In this document: positions 28,894 to 38,569 of the stretch, in pieces
How positions within the stretch are numbered: the first letter of the stretch is position 1
How the letters are laid out: every line of letters begins with the position of its first letter
Virus record (IMG/VR): IMGVR_UViG_3300045974_000132
Coordinates: 222,394 to 286,393 of that record
DNA: 64,000 bases
Direction: 5' to 3' (one strand)
Translations under genes and position numbers: made by a program
Notes under the pieces: generated by a model
What the model was told of the DNA's origin: nothing
Seen by the model: only the letters and a program-made list of their open reading frames with translations
The model's database searches: none

Positions 28894-29853
28894 ATGAAAC
28901 GCTTCAACTTTCTTCTTATCGCAGTTCTTGCCTTTAGCTTGGCTGCTTGCTCGAAACCAAAACCAGTCAGTGTTGTTGAAGAGATTGGCCCTAACGAAAC
29001 TGCTTTCCTGATTGCGCTCGACGGTAACACTGTTGCCAATCAAAAGAAGTTTGACAGTGTTGAAGCACTCAATCAGCCTGAAGTAAAGGTTGCGGTTAAA
29101 CGTGTCATCATCCCGCAAAAGGTAATCGACATTTGTCCTGATTGTTCGGATGGTGCCGATAAGAAGTGGCAAGTCGTCCCTACTGCCAAGCTGATTAAGA
29201 TCAATCGCGCTATGGTCAGCCGGGAATGGACATCTTCAAAGGAAAAGGGAACTACTGCTCAGAATCAAGCTATCACAGTTGAAACAAATGAGTCTATCGA
29301 CTTCGACCTTGGTGCAGTTATCACTGCTCAGATCGAGGAAGCAAATGCTGCACTATTCCTTTATACGTACGGTGGCAAGCAGTTGGATGCTGTGATCGAC
29401 AGTGACATCCGCAACTACGTAGCACAGTCCTTGAGTTCTTCGTTCGGCACGCACAATCTCGAACAGGGCCGGCATGATAAGATTCTGTACTTCCAAGCGG
29501 CTTTCACGGCTGCAAAAGAATTCTTCAAGACCAAGGGTATTACGATATTGACGTTCGGTTCTACTGAAGGTATGACGTACAAGGATGAATCAATCCAACG
29601 TGCGATCAACAAGAAGTTTGAAGCACAGATGGCCAATGAAGCGGCTGACGATATGGCAAAAGCAGCATCCAAGCTTGTGTCCAATCGTGACGCTGTGATT
29701 CTCCAGCAGAACTACGAAATCCGTAAGCAGGAAGTCGAGAACCAAAAGGCAGCTATTGCTAAGTGGAATGGGGTTGGGGCTACGGTCATGACTCAAGGTG
29801 GTACAGGCCAGATGTTCAACATCCCGGTCACTGTAAGCCCAGGTAGTAAATAA
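28894..29853 (+). CDS. SPFH/Band-7-like lipoprotein
   Basis: LAAC lipobox, EIGPNETAFLI, GITI..YKDESIQRAI, coiled coil and AKWNG tail. Confidence 0.75.
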   Translation: MKRFNFLLIAVLAFSLAACSKPKPVSVVEEIGPNETAFLIALDGNTVANQKKFDSVEALNQPEVKVAVKRVIIPQKVIDICPDCSDGADKKWQVVPTAKLIKINRAMVSREWTSSKEKGTTAQNQAITVETNESIDFDLGAVITAQIEEANAALFLYTYGGKQLDAVIDSDIRNYVAQSLSSSFGTHNLEQGRHDKILYFQAAFTAAKEFFKTKGITILTFGSTEGMTYKDESIQRAINKKFEAQMANEAADDMAKAASKLVSNRDAVILQQNYEIRKQEVENQKAAIAKWNGVGATVMTQGGTGQMFNIPVTVSPGSK

Positions 29854-29854
29854 A

Positions 29855-29864
29855 ACTGTAAATA
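29855..29864 (+). promoter_or_regulatory. ACTGTAAATA motif (putative phage promoter class A)
   Basis: Same intergenic motif at 57035 and 61251, variant at 38205. Confidence 0.6.
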
Positions 29865-29876
29865 ACAAGTAACTTA

Positions 29877-29901
29877 TTAGGGGAGCTTTTGTCTCCCCTA
29901 A
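29877..29901 (+). terminator. stem-loop
   Basis: TTAGGGGAG-7 nt-CTCCCCTAA. Confidence 0.5.
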
Positions 29902-29937
29902 CTCAACTTTATTATCAATACGTCGAGGTATATTAAA

Positions 29938-30423
29938 ATGGATCAATATATGATTCGTTGGGCAAACAAAGTCCAAGGTGTAACCAAGGAAGAGTATCTT
30001 CGTATTCAATCGGAACAAGCTCTGCTGGATAGTGCAGAACCTGTTGATTTCGATTCTTCTGACTTAGGAAACCTTTACAGCGGACAAGTTGTACGCAATG
30101 TACAACCCTCAGCACTTCCTACAGTGCTTGAAATGCCCTCAATCCCACCCTACTCAAATCCTTTCCACTACGATCAGTTCAATATGGGCTGCGATCTTTG
30201 CGGCCCTTGGATGGCAATGTACTCATGCCATGCGGGCATCAAACAAGAACACAACAAAACCGAAGAGGATAAGCAAAGTTCATTTCCTGTATTCTATGCA
30301 GAACCTGAATACATCATCTTCGTCAATCAAAAAACGGGCCAACGCTTCCGTCTTGAATTTCCTTCAGTTATCGCAGCGCGTCAGCAAGAACTAGCTGCCC
30401 TTCGTATTTGCGACGAAGGTTGA
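29938..30423 (+). CDS. hypothetical protein
   Basis: GAGG RBS. Confidence 0.7.
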   Translation: MDQYMIRWANKVQGVTKEEYLRIQSEQALLDSAEPVDFDSSDLGNLYSGQVVRNVQPSALPTVLEMPSIPPYSNPFHYDQFNMGCDLCGPWMAMYSCHAGIKQEHNKTEEDKQSSFPVFYAEPEYIIFVNQKTGQRFRLEFPSVIAARQQELAALRICDEG

Positions 30424-30429
30424 ACAGTC

Positions 30430-30756
30430 ATGGCCACTATCGAATTCATCGACGATCAATTTGATTCCGTTATTACACGTTCCGCTATAGTCCTATCTAC
30501 CGATAGGCGTGTACAGATAATAGAGTACAGTGCTTCTCTATATTGCGTTTCAGTGCAAAGAGAAGGAAATATGCCTGACACAATTTGGCTGTCTGAAAAA
30601 GCTTTTATGATGATGGCCCTAGCTTTTAAAAAGCTCAATGACTTGCCTATGTACAAGCACGGGCAGTCTACTGTTAAAGAAGAATACTTTGACGGTGACT
30701 ATGCAATACCCAGTGATCTACCAACTTGCAACACCCAAACGTCTTCTGGAGAATAA
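30430..30756 (+). CDS. hypothetical protein
   Basis: Packed ORF. Confidence 0.65.
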   Translation: MATIEFIDDQFDSVITRSAIVLSTDRRVQIIEYSASLYCVSVQREGNMPDTIWLSEKAFMMMALAFKKLNDLPMYKHGQSTVKEEYFDGDYAIPSDLPTCNTQTSSGE

Positions 30757-30760
30757 AATC

Positions 30761-31540
30761 ATGCGCTATGAAATCGGTCAAAAGATTCCTGTCATTTCCT
30801 TCATCGTCAAAGGTAAAATCTCAAATGGCGGAGGTGCATACTCTCGCAGTGCTGTACATTTCATGCCCTGGGATGAACAAGTTGAAAGTTCTGAAATCGT
30901 TTACCTGACTGTCGTTGAACATCACCGCGTGCCAAACTCTTACGATCAGACGAATGAACCGACTTGCGATGGTTACATTCTGGAAACTGCTGAAGGTGAA
31001 CGCTGGTTCAATCAATACCCGCGTGCTTCATATGGCCAGCTTAGTGATGCGGCTGATCGTATGTTCCATCGTGAAAACTTTAAAGGGTCTAAGTACAGAC
31101 AATACGTTTCTCTAGTCTCGTACATGGAAAACCTGCTTTGCGGTGAGAGCCAGCTTATTGCAGAAAAGCCTGAGCGCGCCAATATGCTTCGTACCCAATA
31201 CGAAGAACTCAAATCGCGTTACGAAGAACTTACGGGCTACGTTATAGTCAGTCAACCGCTTGTGTTTGAACTGAATGACGGCACGAAAGATATTCTTCCT
31301 GGGTGGTTTACTATTACTGCTGACCTGCCTAGCGTTATCGGCAAGAAGTTGTATAAGGACTTCATCGAGACACTCGATCCCAAGGTGCCTGTTGCTATGC
31401 CTGCGTTCAATATCGGCCTTACTGCTTTCGTCGAAGCGCATACGGCGCATGTACTTGTGAAGGATGCTGCGTTCGATTTCAAGGATGAACAGATGCTGGC
31501 TGACTGCGATGGTCAGACGCCCCAACACTCTTCATGGTGA
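30761..31540 (+). CDS. hypothetical protein
   Basis: Start MRYEIG. NQYPRASYGQLSD motif. Confidence 0.75.
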   Translation: MRYEIGQKIPVISFIVKGKISNGGGAYSRSAVHFMPWDEQVESSEIVYLTVVEHHRVPNSYDQTNEPTCDGYILETAEGERWFNQYPRASYGQLSDAADRMFHRENFKGSKYRQYVSLVSYMENLLCGESQLIAEKPERANMLRTQYEELKSRYEELTGYVIVSQPLVFELNDGTKDILPGWFTITADLPSVIGKKLYKDFIETLDPKVPVAMPAFNIGLTAFVEAHTAHVLVKDAAFDFKDEQMLADCDGQTPQHSSW

Positions 31541-31545
31541 TCTAA

Positions 31546-31785
31546 ATGAAATACCTTCAGTTAGTGATAGCGTTGTCAGTTATCTGTTTGTTATCTTGTG
31601 CTAAAAAACCAGAAACCGGTACTGTAGAGCAGCCCGCGGCGTCTGCACAAACGGTATTACTTCCGTCTGCTAAATACATAGTAGATGCTTCGAGCGGAAC
31701 TGTTAGCAGGCATGTAGATGATGAATACGGAAACGTCTGCTATTTTTATGGAAACAGTATTAGTTGTGTTCCTATCAAGAGGTAG
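31546..31785 (+). CDS. small lipoprotein
   Basis: Signal peptide with LLSC lipobox. C-terminus CY..SISCVP. Confidence 0.7.
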   Translation: MKYLQLVIALSVICLLSCAKKPETGTVEQPAASAQTVLLPSAKYIVDASSGTVSRHVDDEYGNVCYFYGNSISCVPIKR

Positions 31786-31789
31786 GGCT

Positions 31790-32008
31790 ATGAGTGCAGA
31801 AGAGTACGAAGCTAAAGCTGAGTCAAATGTCGAAGCTTTGATCTGGAACGGATGGGAAGTAAAACGCTGTAAGTGGAATACTTCTTTCTTTCAATGGCGT
31901 TCGCCTAGAGGCATATCAGGTAGCGAGTGGGTATCAAAGTTTCTGTACGTCATTCCTAAGCCTGTTCTCGAAGATGCTGAACGATATTCGGAGTTGACTA
32001 TATTATGA
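31790..32008 (+). CDS. hypothetical protein
   Basis: Start MSAEE. Confidence 0.6.
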   Translation: MSAEEYEAKAESNVEALIWNGWEVKRCKWNTSFFQWRSPRGISGSEWVSKFLYVIPKPVLEDAERYSELTIL

Positions 32009-32472
32009 GCCTTGAATTCGTAGGCTACAGTTGTAAGGTCAAGTGCAACAAGCAAGAAATCGGTAGCGGCTTTTCAGAAGTAGGGCCATTATGCTCACCG
32101 ACAGATGCTCTCCAACTTGCTTTGAACAATAAAGAAGTCAAGGAGATGATCGAAAAGACCGACTCCCTTTATTGGACACGCTTCCTCGAGATTGAATTTA
32201 ACACAGGTACTTCTATGCCTAGTCATAGGCAACCGGAACTACCCAAGATGTACAATTTGGAAAAAGATACCCTTGAGTATAATCGCCGTGTCGATGCGTT
32301 CATGCAAGACCTCAAGCGTATTTGTTTCAAGCATGGCCTTCAACTTGATCCTAGCAATGCAACCTTTGACGGGGAGCATGCTTTGATCGTCCGTGAGTTA
32401 AGCGGTATGTTTGATCGTAAGGTTATCTACGATCTTAGCAAAGAGGATTGCCCCGATGCTCAATCTACATAG
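32005..32472 (+). CDS. hypothetical protein
   Basis: ATGA coupling. Confidence 0.7.
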   Translation: MSLEFVGYSCKVKCNKQEIGSGFSEVGPLCSPTDALQLALNNKEVKEMIEKTDSLYWTRFLEIEFNTGTSMPSHRQPELPKMYNLEKDTLEYNRRVDAFMQDLKRICFKHGLQLDPSNATFDGEHALIVRELSGMFDRKVIYDLSKEDCPDAQST

Positions 32473-32851
32473 TTTGGTAAACTTTCAACCGCAGTATCGT
32501 TATCTTGTTCTTTGTGACCTTCTTGTCGCTTCTGTGCATTCTGTATGTGAAGAACTTAAAGATACCGGACTGCTTGTCATGCCTGTATTAGGTTCTACTA
32601 GCGATGACGATCGGACTGAAGCTTTCGCAAAGTTTAAGCAAGGCAGCATACTTGTTTCTTCAAAGAGAATCCTACTATATGGTATTAAGTGGGATACAAT
32701 TCCTGACGTTCAGGACATTATTGTACTCAACTTCAAAGCGACACACGACGAAATAACACAAGCACGCTATCGCTTTCGGCCGACACCCGCTACCGTGATT
32801 GCTATCACACCTATGTCGCATATTGACAAGTTCTCCTCACTTTTAGGCTAA
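32456..32851 (+). CDS. stand-alone degenerate SF2 helicase C-terminal-like domain
   Basis: G...DDRTEAFAKFKQGSILVS..ILLYGI..PDVQDII..QARYR echoes HELICc motifs IV-VI. Confidence 0.5.
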   Translation: MLNLHSLVNFQPQYRYLVLCDLLVASVHSVCEELKDTGLLVMPVLGSTSDDDRTEAFAKFKQGSILVSSKRILLYGIKWDTIPDVQDIIVLNFKATHDEITQARYRFRPTPATVIAITPMSHIDKFSSLLG

Positions 32852-32853
32852 TC

Positions 32854-33174
32854 ATGAATGTACATGAAGAATGGGACTCCCTGAAGCTTCTGTACAGTGA
32901 GTTGCGTCCAACAGCTGGCGAACCTACAAGGCTTCAAGAAAAGTTGGCTTTTGCTAAACAAGAATTTCCTATAGACGCTATTGTTAAGGTTAAATACACT
33001 TCGTACAAGGGTGTCGTAACGGGCTACAACATGACTCTTGGTGGCTTCTATCCAGGTGAGCGCTATCCTGTATATGTAAAGATACTCGATGACGGTGAAC
33101 TAGGTGGTGGGCTGCACAAAGTAGTCGGTGAAACTTTTGAATACAGTTGTGAATGTTTGGAGATTGAAAAATGA
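32854..33174 (+). CDS. hypothetical protein
   Basis: Packed ORF. Confidence 0.65.
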   Translation: MNVHEEWDSLKLLYSELRPTAGEPTRLQEKLAFAKQEFPIDAIVKVKYTSYKGVVTGYNMTLGGFYPGERYPVYVKILDDGELGGGLHKVVGETFEYSCECLEIEK

Positions 33175-33875
33175 CTCAGCGCGGTGGAAAGTTGAAAAAA
33201 GAAGGTAAGACCCTGGATCACAAGCACTTCGAGGCAAACTTGCTTGAAATTGAAACCAAGAATCCTCAAGTTCGCTTGGACAAGAATGAAGATCGCTTCA
33301 ATTGGGACAAGCATGCCCAACGTTACACGAATCTGGTTACTCAAGCAATGTGGCTGGGCTACACTATTGCTGTCTCGGCTTCTCGCACTTATGCGAAAGG
33401 TAACTTCATCATCGCACATACTGACGAAGCCAAAGGTTTGCCTGTATTCACTGAACGTCCGTATGTTCATCCTTCATTCTCACGAGGCGTAGGCGAACTG
33501 AAGCGTTTGGCCAGCCGCTATCGTGGACGTAAATTTGTTCTGTACAACTCTGTTCAAGTTGCACACTGCGAACCCTACGCAGAAGAACGAGCTATAGAAG
33601 GTGGTATTGATACAGGCTTTATCGACGATCAGGGTATAAAGATTTTTGTTGGAGATACTCTTCACAACTTTGAAGACTATGATGTGACGGTGTGCTGTGT
33701 AGCGGAATCCGAAGGCTTACACTTCTACGGTAAGCTTGTGTGTGAACCGGGTCACTCTTGCGAGAATATTCCGTATAGCTTGAACGAAGGTAAAGGCCAC
33801 ACTATTATCAAATTCGTTACAGACTTTGAAGAAGTAGAGCCTGAAGCAGAGTGCGCTCTTGATGAATCCTTCTGA
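33171..33875 (+). CDS. hypothetical protein with YopX-like C-terminal segment
   Basis: TGFIDDQGIKIFVGDTL resembles YopX TG..D..G.EIYEGDI. Confidence 0.55.
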   Translation: MTQRGGKLKKEGKTLDHKHFEANLLEIETKNPQVRLDKNEDRFNWDKHAQRYTNLVTQAMWLGYTIAVSASRTYAKGNFIIAHTDEAKGLPVFTERPYVHPSFSRGVGELKRLASRYRGRKFVLYNSVQVAHCEPYAEERAIEGGIDTGFIDDQGIKIFVGDTLHNFEDYDVTVCCVAESEGLHFYGKLVCEPGHSCENIPYSLNEGKGHTIIKFVTDFEEVEPEAECALDESF

Positions 33876-33891
33876 TTGTCGGGAGCCCAAG

Positions 33892-34197
33892 ATGCCGAGG
33901 AAACTTCAGCCTAGCCGTAAAGAGTATGAGGCAGATATTTCAGTTCGTCTTCGCTTTGAAAGTCCTAACAGTCCTCAAGCTCGATTACTCGCAAGCCAAT
34001 TGTCACAATTTTTGCGCTCTTTAGAACTGAAGGACGCAGACATACACTCAACCAAAGTTCAATCTATTCTGCTAGTTCGTAGGAATATAGCAGAGGAGCA
34101 GGAACAGCGTAAGAAAGAGGAAGCGCATACACCCTCACCTAATTATGTGATTGATGAAGAGCATCCTAGATTTCATCCGTCTCATGCAGAAACTTAA
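33892..34197 (+). CDS. hypothetical protein
   Basis: GGAG RBS before MPRK. Confidence 0.6.
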   Translation: MPRKLQPSRKEYEADISVRLRFESPNSPQARLLASQLSQFLRSLELKDADIHSTKVQSILLVRRNIAEEQEQRKKEEAHTPSPNYVIDEEHPRFHPSHAET

Positions 34198-34801
34198 ACC
34201 AACGTTAAGGAAGACTCTGAGGAAAACATCTGATCCGAAGAATCTGATTATCATGCTGTTTGAACAATTCATGGACTGGCATGTGCCTAGCCCTGTTGTT
34301 CATACAGACGGTGCAAATGACAGCAAGTATGGCATGGCCTTCATGCTCGATCTTTACTGTGAAAATCACGGGTATGAGAAAGACGGTAACACGCATCACC
34401 CTGAATGGAAGCGTAACTATCGCAAAAATATTCATGTGATTATTCTTCGTCCGCGAATGGTATTCATTGCCGTAACTGACGAGACTCACCTTGAGCTTGT
34501 GCCTCCTTCTGAGTTCAATAATACGTCCAATCATGATTCATGCTGGCGTACAGACGGCTTACGTCTTCTTCGTGAAGAATCCTGGCGTGCATATAATCAT
34601 TGTTACGATCACATGCCTGAAGAACACAAACCCTTGATTGGTCTATCTACGCTTGACATGGACATTGCTCAAGTCTTTGGTAAGCCGATGCGTTTTGTCC
34701 GCGTTGAACACAAACCTTTGAACGACGATAGCTACCATCGTGAACTTACTGAAATCAAAGAGGCTCCTTATGAATTGCGCGTCTCCCAGCCCACAAAATA
34801 G
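34151..34801 (+). CDS. hypothetical protein
   Basis: Packed ORF, start uncertain. Confidence 0.65.
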   Translation: MMKSILDFIRLMQKLKPTLRKTLRKTSDPKNLIIMLFEQFMDWHVPSPVVHTDGANDSKYGMAFMLDLYCENHGYEKDGNTHHPEWKRNYRKNIHVIILRPRMVFIAVTDETHLELVPPSEFNNTSNHDSCWRTDGLRLLREESWRAYNHCYDHMPEEHKPLIGLSTLDMDIAQVFGKPMRFVRVEHKPLNDDSYHRELTEIKEAPYELRVSQPTK

Positions 34802-35012
34802 TTCCACTACAGCCGAAGGCTACGGCTTGCAAGGTTTAGAAGAAGTCTTACGCGATGTACAAATAGAAATGAAATCTACTACCTTAATGGAAGAAGCTAT
34901 TCGCCCTATGTTTGAGAATACGCATATCGTACCCATGTCTAAGGCAATTCTTCTTGAGTTGATGTTTACCGCTTTTAAGTTAGGCAAGCAGATGGGAGCA
35001 AAGAATGTTTGA
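34740..35012 (+). CDS. hypothetical protein
   Basis: Fills the gap, start uncertain. Confidence 0.55.
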   Translation: MNLLKSKRLLMNCASPSPQNSSTTAEGYGLQGLEEVLRDVQIEMKSTTLMEEAIRPMFENTHIVPMSKAILLELMFTAFKLGKQMGAKNV

Positions 35013-35472
35013 TTTTAAAAACTGGCTGGCTGCTTTCTTTTCAGCACCTGTTCAATGTATGTCGCATGATATAGCACATGCTTTTGTGTCTCTTGTTCTT
35101 GCGGAACAGAAGGATATTCGCAATCCTGAAATTGAAGCAAAGATGAAGGAGGACTTTCTCTTTCAAGTGTTGGAATCAAAATGTGCGAAGGTAGGACTTG
35201 AGGCTAATATTTTCTTCAAATGCTTTATAGCCGCTCTATGCGAAGACCCAGCGGAAGTAACAATGTACATTGTTGCCCTTCGCAGCAAGATGAAGACGGC
35301 TACAATGATGGAGTTAGGTAGAACGTTAGCTAACGGTTTTCCTTCACGTAACACCCTTTCGCACCTGTGGGGTCTGCAAAAGCTATCTGACGAAGAACGT
35401 AAGTCTCACGGTGGTATTATCGACAACGGTATTGATTTTATTTGGGAGAAAGATTATGGCACTAATTCCTAA
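35005..35472 (+). CDS. hypothetical protein
   Basis: GGAG RBS. Confidence 0.7.
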   Translation: MFDFKNWLAAFFSAPVQCMSHDIAHAFVSLVLAEQKDIRNPEIEAKMKEDFLFQVLESKCAKVGLEANIFFKCFIAALCEDPAEVTMYIVALRSKMKTATMMELGRTLANGFPSRNTLSHLWGLQKLSDEERKSHGGIIDNGIDFIWEKDYGTNS

Positions 35473-35806
35473 GATTGCAAACATCAAAGGTACACCTCTT
35501 TTTATTGAAACACTGATTAACATTCATGTACGTCCAGATGCTAATCTGAATTCACCTGGTGCTAAACAGGTGATTGAGTATTGCAAGAAAGAAAAATTGA
35601 TCGGCTTGATCGGCTTGACTGACCAGCCTACTAAAGGATCAATGTATCGCTTGACTGAACGAGGCAAAGCTTTCTTGAAGATGCTTGAAGATACACCTCT
35701 TCCTTCTGTCAAGCAAGTGTATGCTGATCCTCGTACAGGTGAGCAAGTAGGCAGCTTTGTAGTACCTGGTGAAATTAGCGATGACGAGGATGAGGACGAC
35801 GAATAA
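35456..35806 (+). CDS. hypothetical protein, possible winged helix with acidic tail
   Basis: MYRLTERGKAFL wing-like motif. Confidence 0.55.
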   Translation: MALIPKIANIKGTPLFIETLINIHVRPDANLNSPGAKQVIEYCKKEKLIGLIGLTDQPTKGSMYRLTERGKAFLKMLEDTPLPSVKQVYADPRTGEQVGSFVVPGEISDDEDEDDE

Positions 35807-36138
35807 TGGCTAAGTATTGTGCAGCCGTGCGCTTCCCAGACGGTACTGTTTTCTACAATGTATTTCAGGGTACTGTTGATTGTGTATCACCTAGATTATT
35901 CTTGACAGAAACAGATGCTCGACTTGTATGGGATGAAGATCAGTCAAAAGTTGACTGCCCGAAACAAGAAGGAGATGAAATTGTTGAAGTCATTCCGTAT
36001 TATCTATACGGTGACAAAAAAGTTGCGTTCAAAACATTTGCAAACCGTGAGCACCTGTTGATAACAGGACCACGTTGTTGGGATACGGCTCAATACAATG
36101 CTGACTTGTATCCACCTAATCGGAGCATATATGACTAA
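35806..36138 (+). CDS. hypothetical protein
   Basis: TAATG coupling. Confidence 0.7.
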   Translation: MAKYCAAVRFPDGTVFYNVFQGTVDCVSPRLFLTETDARLVWDEDQSKVDCPKQEGDEIVEVIPYYLYGDKKVAFKTFANREHLLITGPRCWDTAQYNADLYPPNRSIYD

Positions 36139-36439
36139 GAAGAAAGAAAAGACGCGAGGTAGTAAGAAAGATGTTTCTAAGTTACTTCGTAAGATTCGCA
36201 AGTTTTACTATGAGTTATTCCTTGTACAACATGTATCAACGGTAGGTGTGCAGATAACGGTGCCTAATAAAGTACTACCTGCTCTTATATTAAGAGAGGA
36301 TCGCTCTTATGAATCCTTTGCAGAGGACTGTGCTATCTACCATGAGCATTTACTTTCTATGTATGATAATAGGAAGCCAAAAGTGCTGCTGCTTTCAAGA
36401 GCGATGTTCCGACGTATCGAAAAACGTAATAGTTGGTGA
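36131..36439 (+). CDS. hypothetical protein
   Basis: GGAG RBS before MTKKK. Confidence 0.65.
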   Translation: MTKKKEKTRGSKKDVSKLLRKIRKFYYELFLVQHVSTVGVQITVPNKVLPALILREDRSYESFAEDCAIYHEHLLSMYDNRKPKVLLLSRAMFRRIEKRNSW

Positions 36440-36447
36440 GGTGTAAT

Positions 36448-36798
36448 ATGTCTTTTGATAAAAGTGATATATCGAATTGGGTTAAGTCTGAAGATGGAAA
36501 GCACTTTGAACTCAAACCTGAGTTGATGCAGCCTTATAAAGAGTCTGCTCAAAAGCAACTTGCGTTGTGGGTGGCAGGTAATCCTCAGCACAATACCTTC
36601 GCTGATGAATGCTGTCCTGACTTCTCTTGCTGCCAACCAGAACTTCTATGGCCTGAGGAGAAACGCAAAGCTTTTGCAGAAGCAAATGAGGAATATCGAA
36701 ATCATATGCTGATGGGAGGCATCAATGCTATTATGGTGTTGAACGATACCGAAGCTTACGTTGCAGGCCAGATTCCCGATACTGATGTGAGGCAATAA
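36448..36798 (+). CDS. hypothetical protein (ECCPDFSCC motif)
   Basis: GAGG RBS before MSFDK. Confidence 0.7.
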   Translation: MSFDKSDISNWVKSEDGKHFELKPELMQPYKESAQKQLALWVAGNPQHNTFADECCPDFSCCQPELLWPEEKRKAFAEANEEYRNHMLMGGINAIMVLNDTEAYVAGQIPDTDVRQ

Positions 36799-36799
36799 C

Positions 36800-37330
36800 A
36801 TGAATACTACTACGCTGACCAGCACTTTGTTTTGTCCGGCCTGCACTGCACGGTTATGTATAGTAAAGCAAGATGAAAACAGTATGTTAAATGCAGAGCA
36901 GTTTGATTCGTTGAAAGCTGGCGATTACTACTGCCCTAACTGCCCTCCTACTAAAGAAGGCTTGAAGTATCGTTACTTCAATACAACAGATGCTGCCTTC
37001 ATCACAGCTTCTACTTTTACGGATAAGGTGAATCTAGCTGAATTCTCTGAAGAGTTTGTTGCAGCCTGTCGTGAAATGAAGTTACCGCTTGAGACCCTTA
37101 CGCAAAGCTCAATAAAAATTCTTGAGCATGTATGGGATCATGGTCGAGGTGTGGCAAGTGCTGATCCTGTAGACCTTCTCAATCTTTTGATTCTGCAAGA
37201 AAAAGCAAATATGCTTAATCTATCTGCTTCTGGTCCCGCTAAGTACGGATACGAGTTGGTGCATGTTTTTATGACTTCTGATATTGTGCAACCTCGTTAC
37301 AAAAAACTATATGAGGAGATGACCAAATGA
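36800..37330 (+). CDS. zinc-ribbon protein
   Basis: CPAC..CPNC. Confidence 0.65.
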   Translation: MNTTTLTSTLFCPACTARLCIVKQDENSMLNAEQFDSLKAGDYYCPNCPPTKEGLKYRYFNTTDAAFITASTFTDKVNLAEFSEEFVAACREMKLPLETLTQSSIKILEHVWDHGRGVASADPVDLLNLLILQEKANMLNLSASGPAKYGYELVHVFMTSDIVQPRYKKLYEEMTK

Positions 37331-37599
37331 TAAAGAAGAAGTATTGGAAGTTCACTAAGTATAGTCATGCTGCGGGCTATGCTTATAGTACTACGTCTGA
37401 TCTTATCCAGCACAACATGCCCGATCGGGAAGATCAAATCTCTCAACTACAAAATCGTATTGAATACTTGACGGACATTGTTGCCTTCTTGCTTGATACC
37501 AAGAAGAGTGTTGATGCTGACAAGCTTAAGGCGTTGCTGTCTTTGCACGACCTTGAAGAAGTGTCTGAAGAAGAATACGAAAAACATCGTTGGAGTTAA
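37327..37599 (+). CDS. hypothetical protein
   Basis: GAGGAG RBS. Confidence 0.65.
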   Translation: MIKKKYWKFTKYSHAAGYAYSTTSDLIQHNMPDREDQISQLQNRIEYLTDIVAFLLDTKKSVDADKLKALLSLHDLEEVSEEEYEKHRWS

Positions 37600-37603
37600 T
37601 CTC

Positions 37604-38203
37604 ATGCAATTATTCAAACAAGTACCTAGTGAGCTTCAATCCAAGTACATTGTCAATGGCTGGCGCTCTGCTGACGGACTAGTATCAAAAGAGATAGAAG
37701 TTCCCACAGGCATTACTGATCCTTGGGAAAAGCTGGACATAGTTAGTCCTACTCTTATTCAGCGCGGTAAGATCAATAGGCCGTTGAACAAGTTTAAAGG
37801 GTTGTCTTTAACTAGTGCTGTTACTTTGCACTATATGGGTATCGACATCCTTAAAAATAATGTGTTGACTATGTCCTTACTTCACATGGATGCGCAGTTG
37901 TTCAACTATAAAACAATAGTAGTGCCTACTGTTACAAAATTGTTCAGCGGTAAGCCCTGCTCCCTTCGTGTCTACGGTAGCTTTGACACACTCAATCAAG
38001 TGAATCACTACACCAACTACCTGCAAAATATGTATGCGGGGAATCTTCCTCTTAGAAGCTGGCCGGACTTTGACGCTGAGTCTATTACTTCTGACTTTTG
38101 GTGGGATGTAGATAACGGAATAATGTTTAGCTTTGATCGTAATTTCATGACCGACCTACCAATCATTGTCCAAGCTACCTTGAATCAGGTAGCTATTAAA
38201 TAA
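37604..38203 (+). CDS. hypothetical protein
   Basis: Start MQLFK. FWWDVDN motif. Confidence 0.7.
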   Translation: MQLFKQVPSELQSKYIVNGWRSADGLVSKEIEVPTGITDPWEKLDIVSPTLIQRGKINRPLNKFKGLSLTSAVTLHYMGIDILKNNVLTMSLLHMDAQLFNYKTIVVPTVTKLFSGKPCSLRVYGSFDTLNQVNHYTNYLQNMYAGNLPLRSWPDFDAESITSDFWWDVDNGIMFSFDRNFMTDLPIIVQATLNQVAIK

Positions 38204-38204
38204 A

Positions 38205-38235
38205 ACTGTAAAATAAAGATAGCAATATCTAATTA
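38205..38235 (+). promoter_or_regulatory. ACTGTAAAATA plus CTAATTA tandem promoter-like motifs
   Basis: Variants of both recurring intergenic motifs in one 45-bp gap. Confidence 0.5.
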
Positions 38236-38248
38236 AGGACCTATTGTC

Positions 38249-38569
38249 ATGTCTCGTTGTGGCCTTGAAACTTATTCTCCTCCGGCACGTGTTGACTTTA
38301 ACCCGGAAGACCAAGAGCATCTACTTGCTCTCGCACTACTTCAGTTGCACGGCAGGCAGCATCCTACACTGCGCTTTAAGTTGAATCCTACGCAGTACGG
38401 TAACGTGTATCTGGCGTTGATTGACAAGTTTATCCGAGCTTATATACCTGAAGACATTCAGCTACAAGCTTCCGTATATGCAGAAGATCGCAAACCCTTA
38501 ATCATCGGTAGCTTGATTGACAGTGCAACTGATGTACGTATTAAACTGAAGGAACCCAAAAATGGTTAA
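38249..38569 (+). CDS. hypothetical protein
   Basis: AAGGA RBS. Confidence 0.7.
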   Translation: MSRCGLETYSPPARVDFNPEDQEHLLALALLQLHGRQHPTLRFKLNPTQYGNVYLALIDKFIRAYIPEDIQLQASVYAEDRKPLIIGSLIDSATDVRIKLKEPKNG

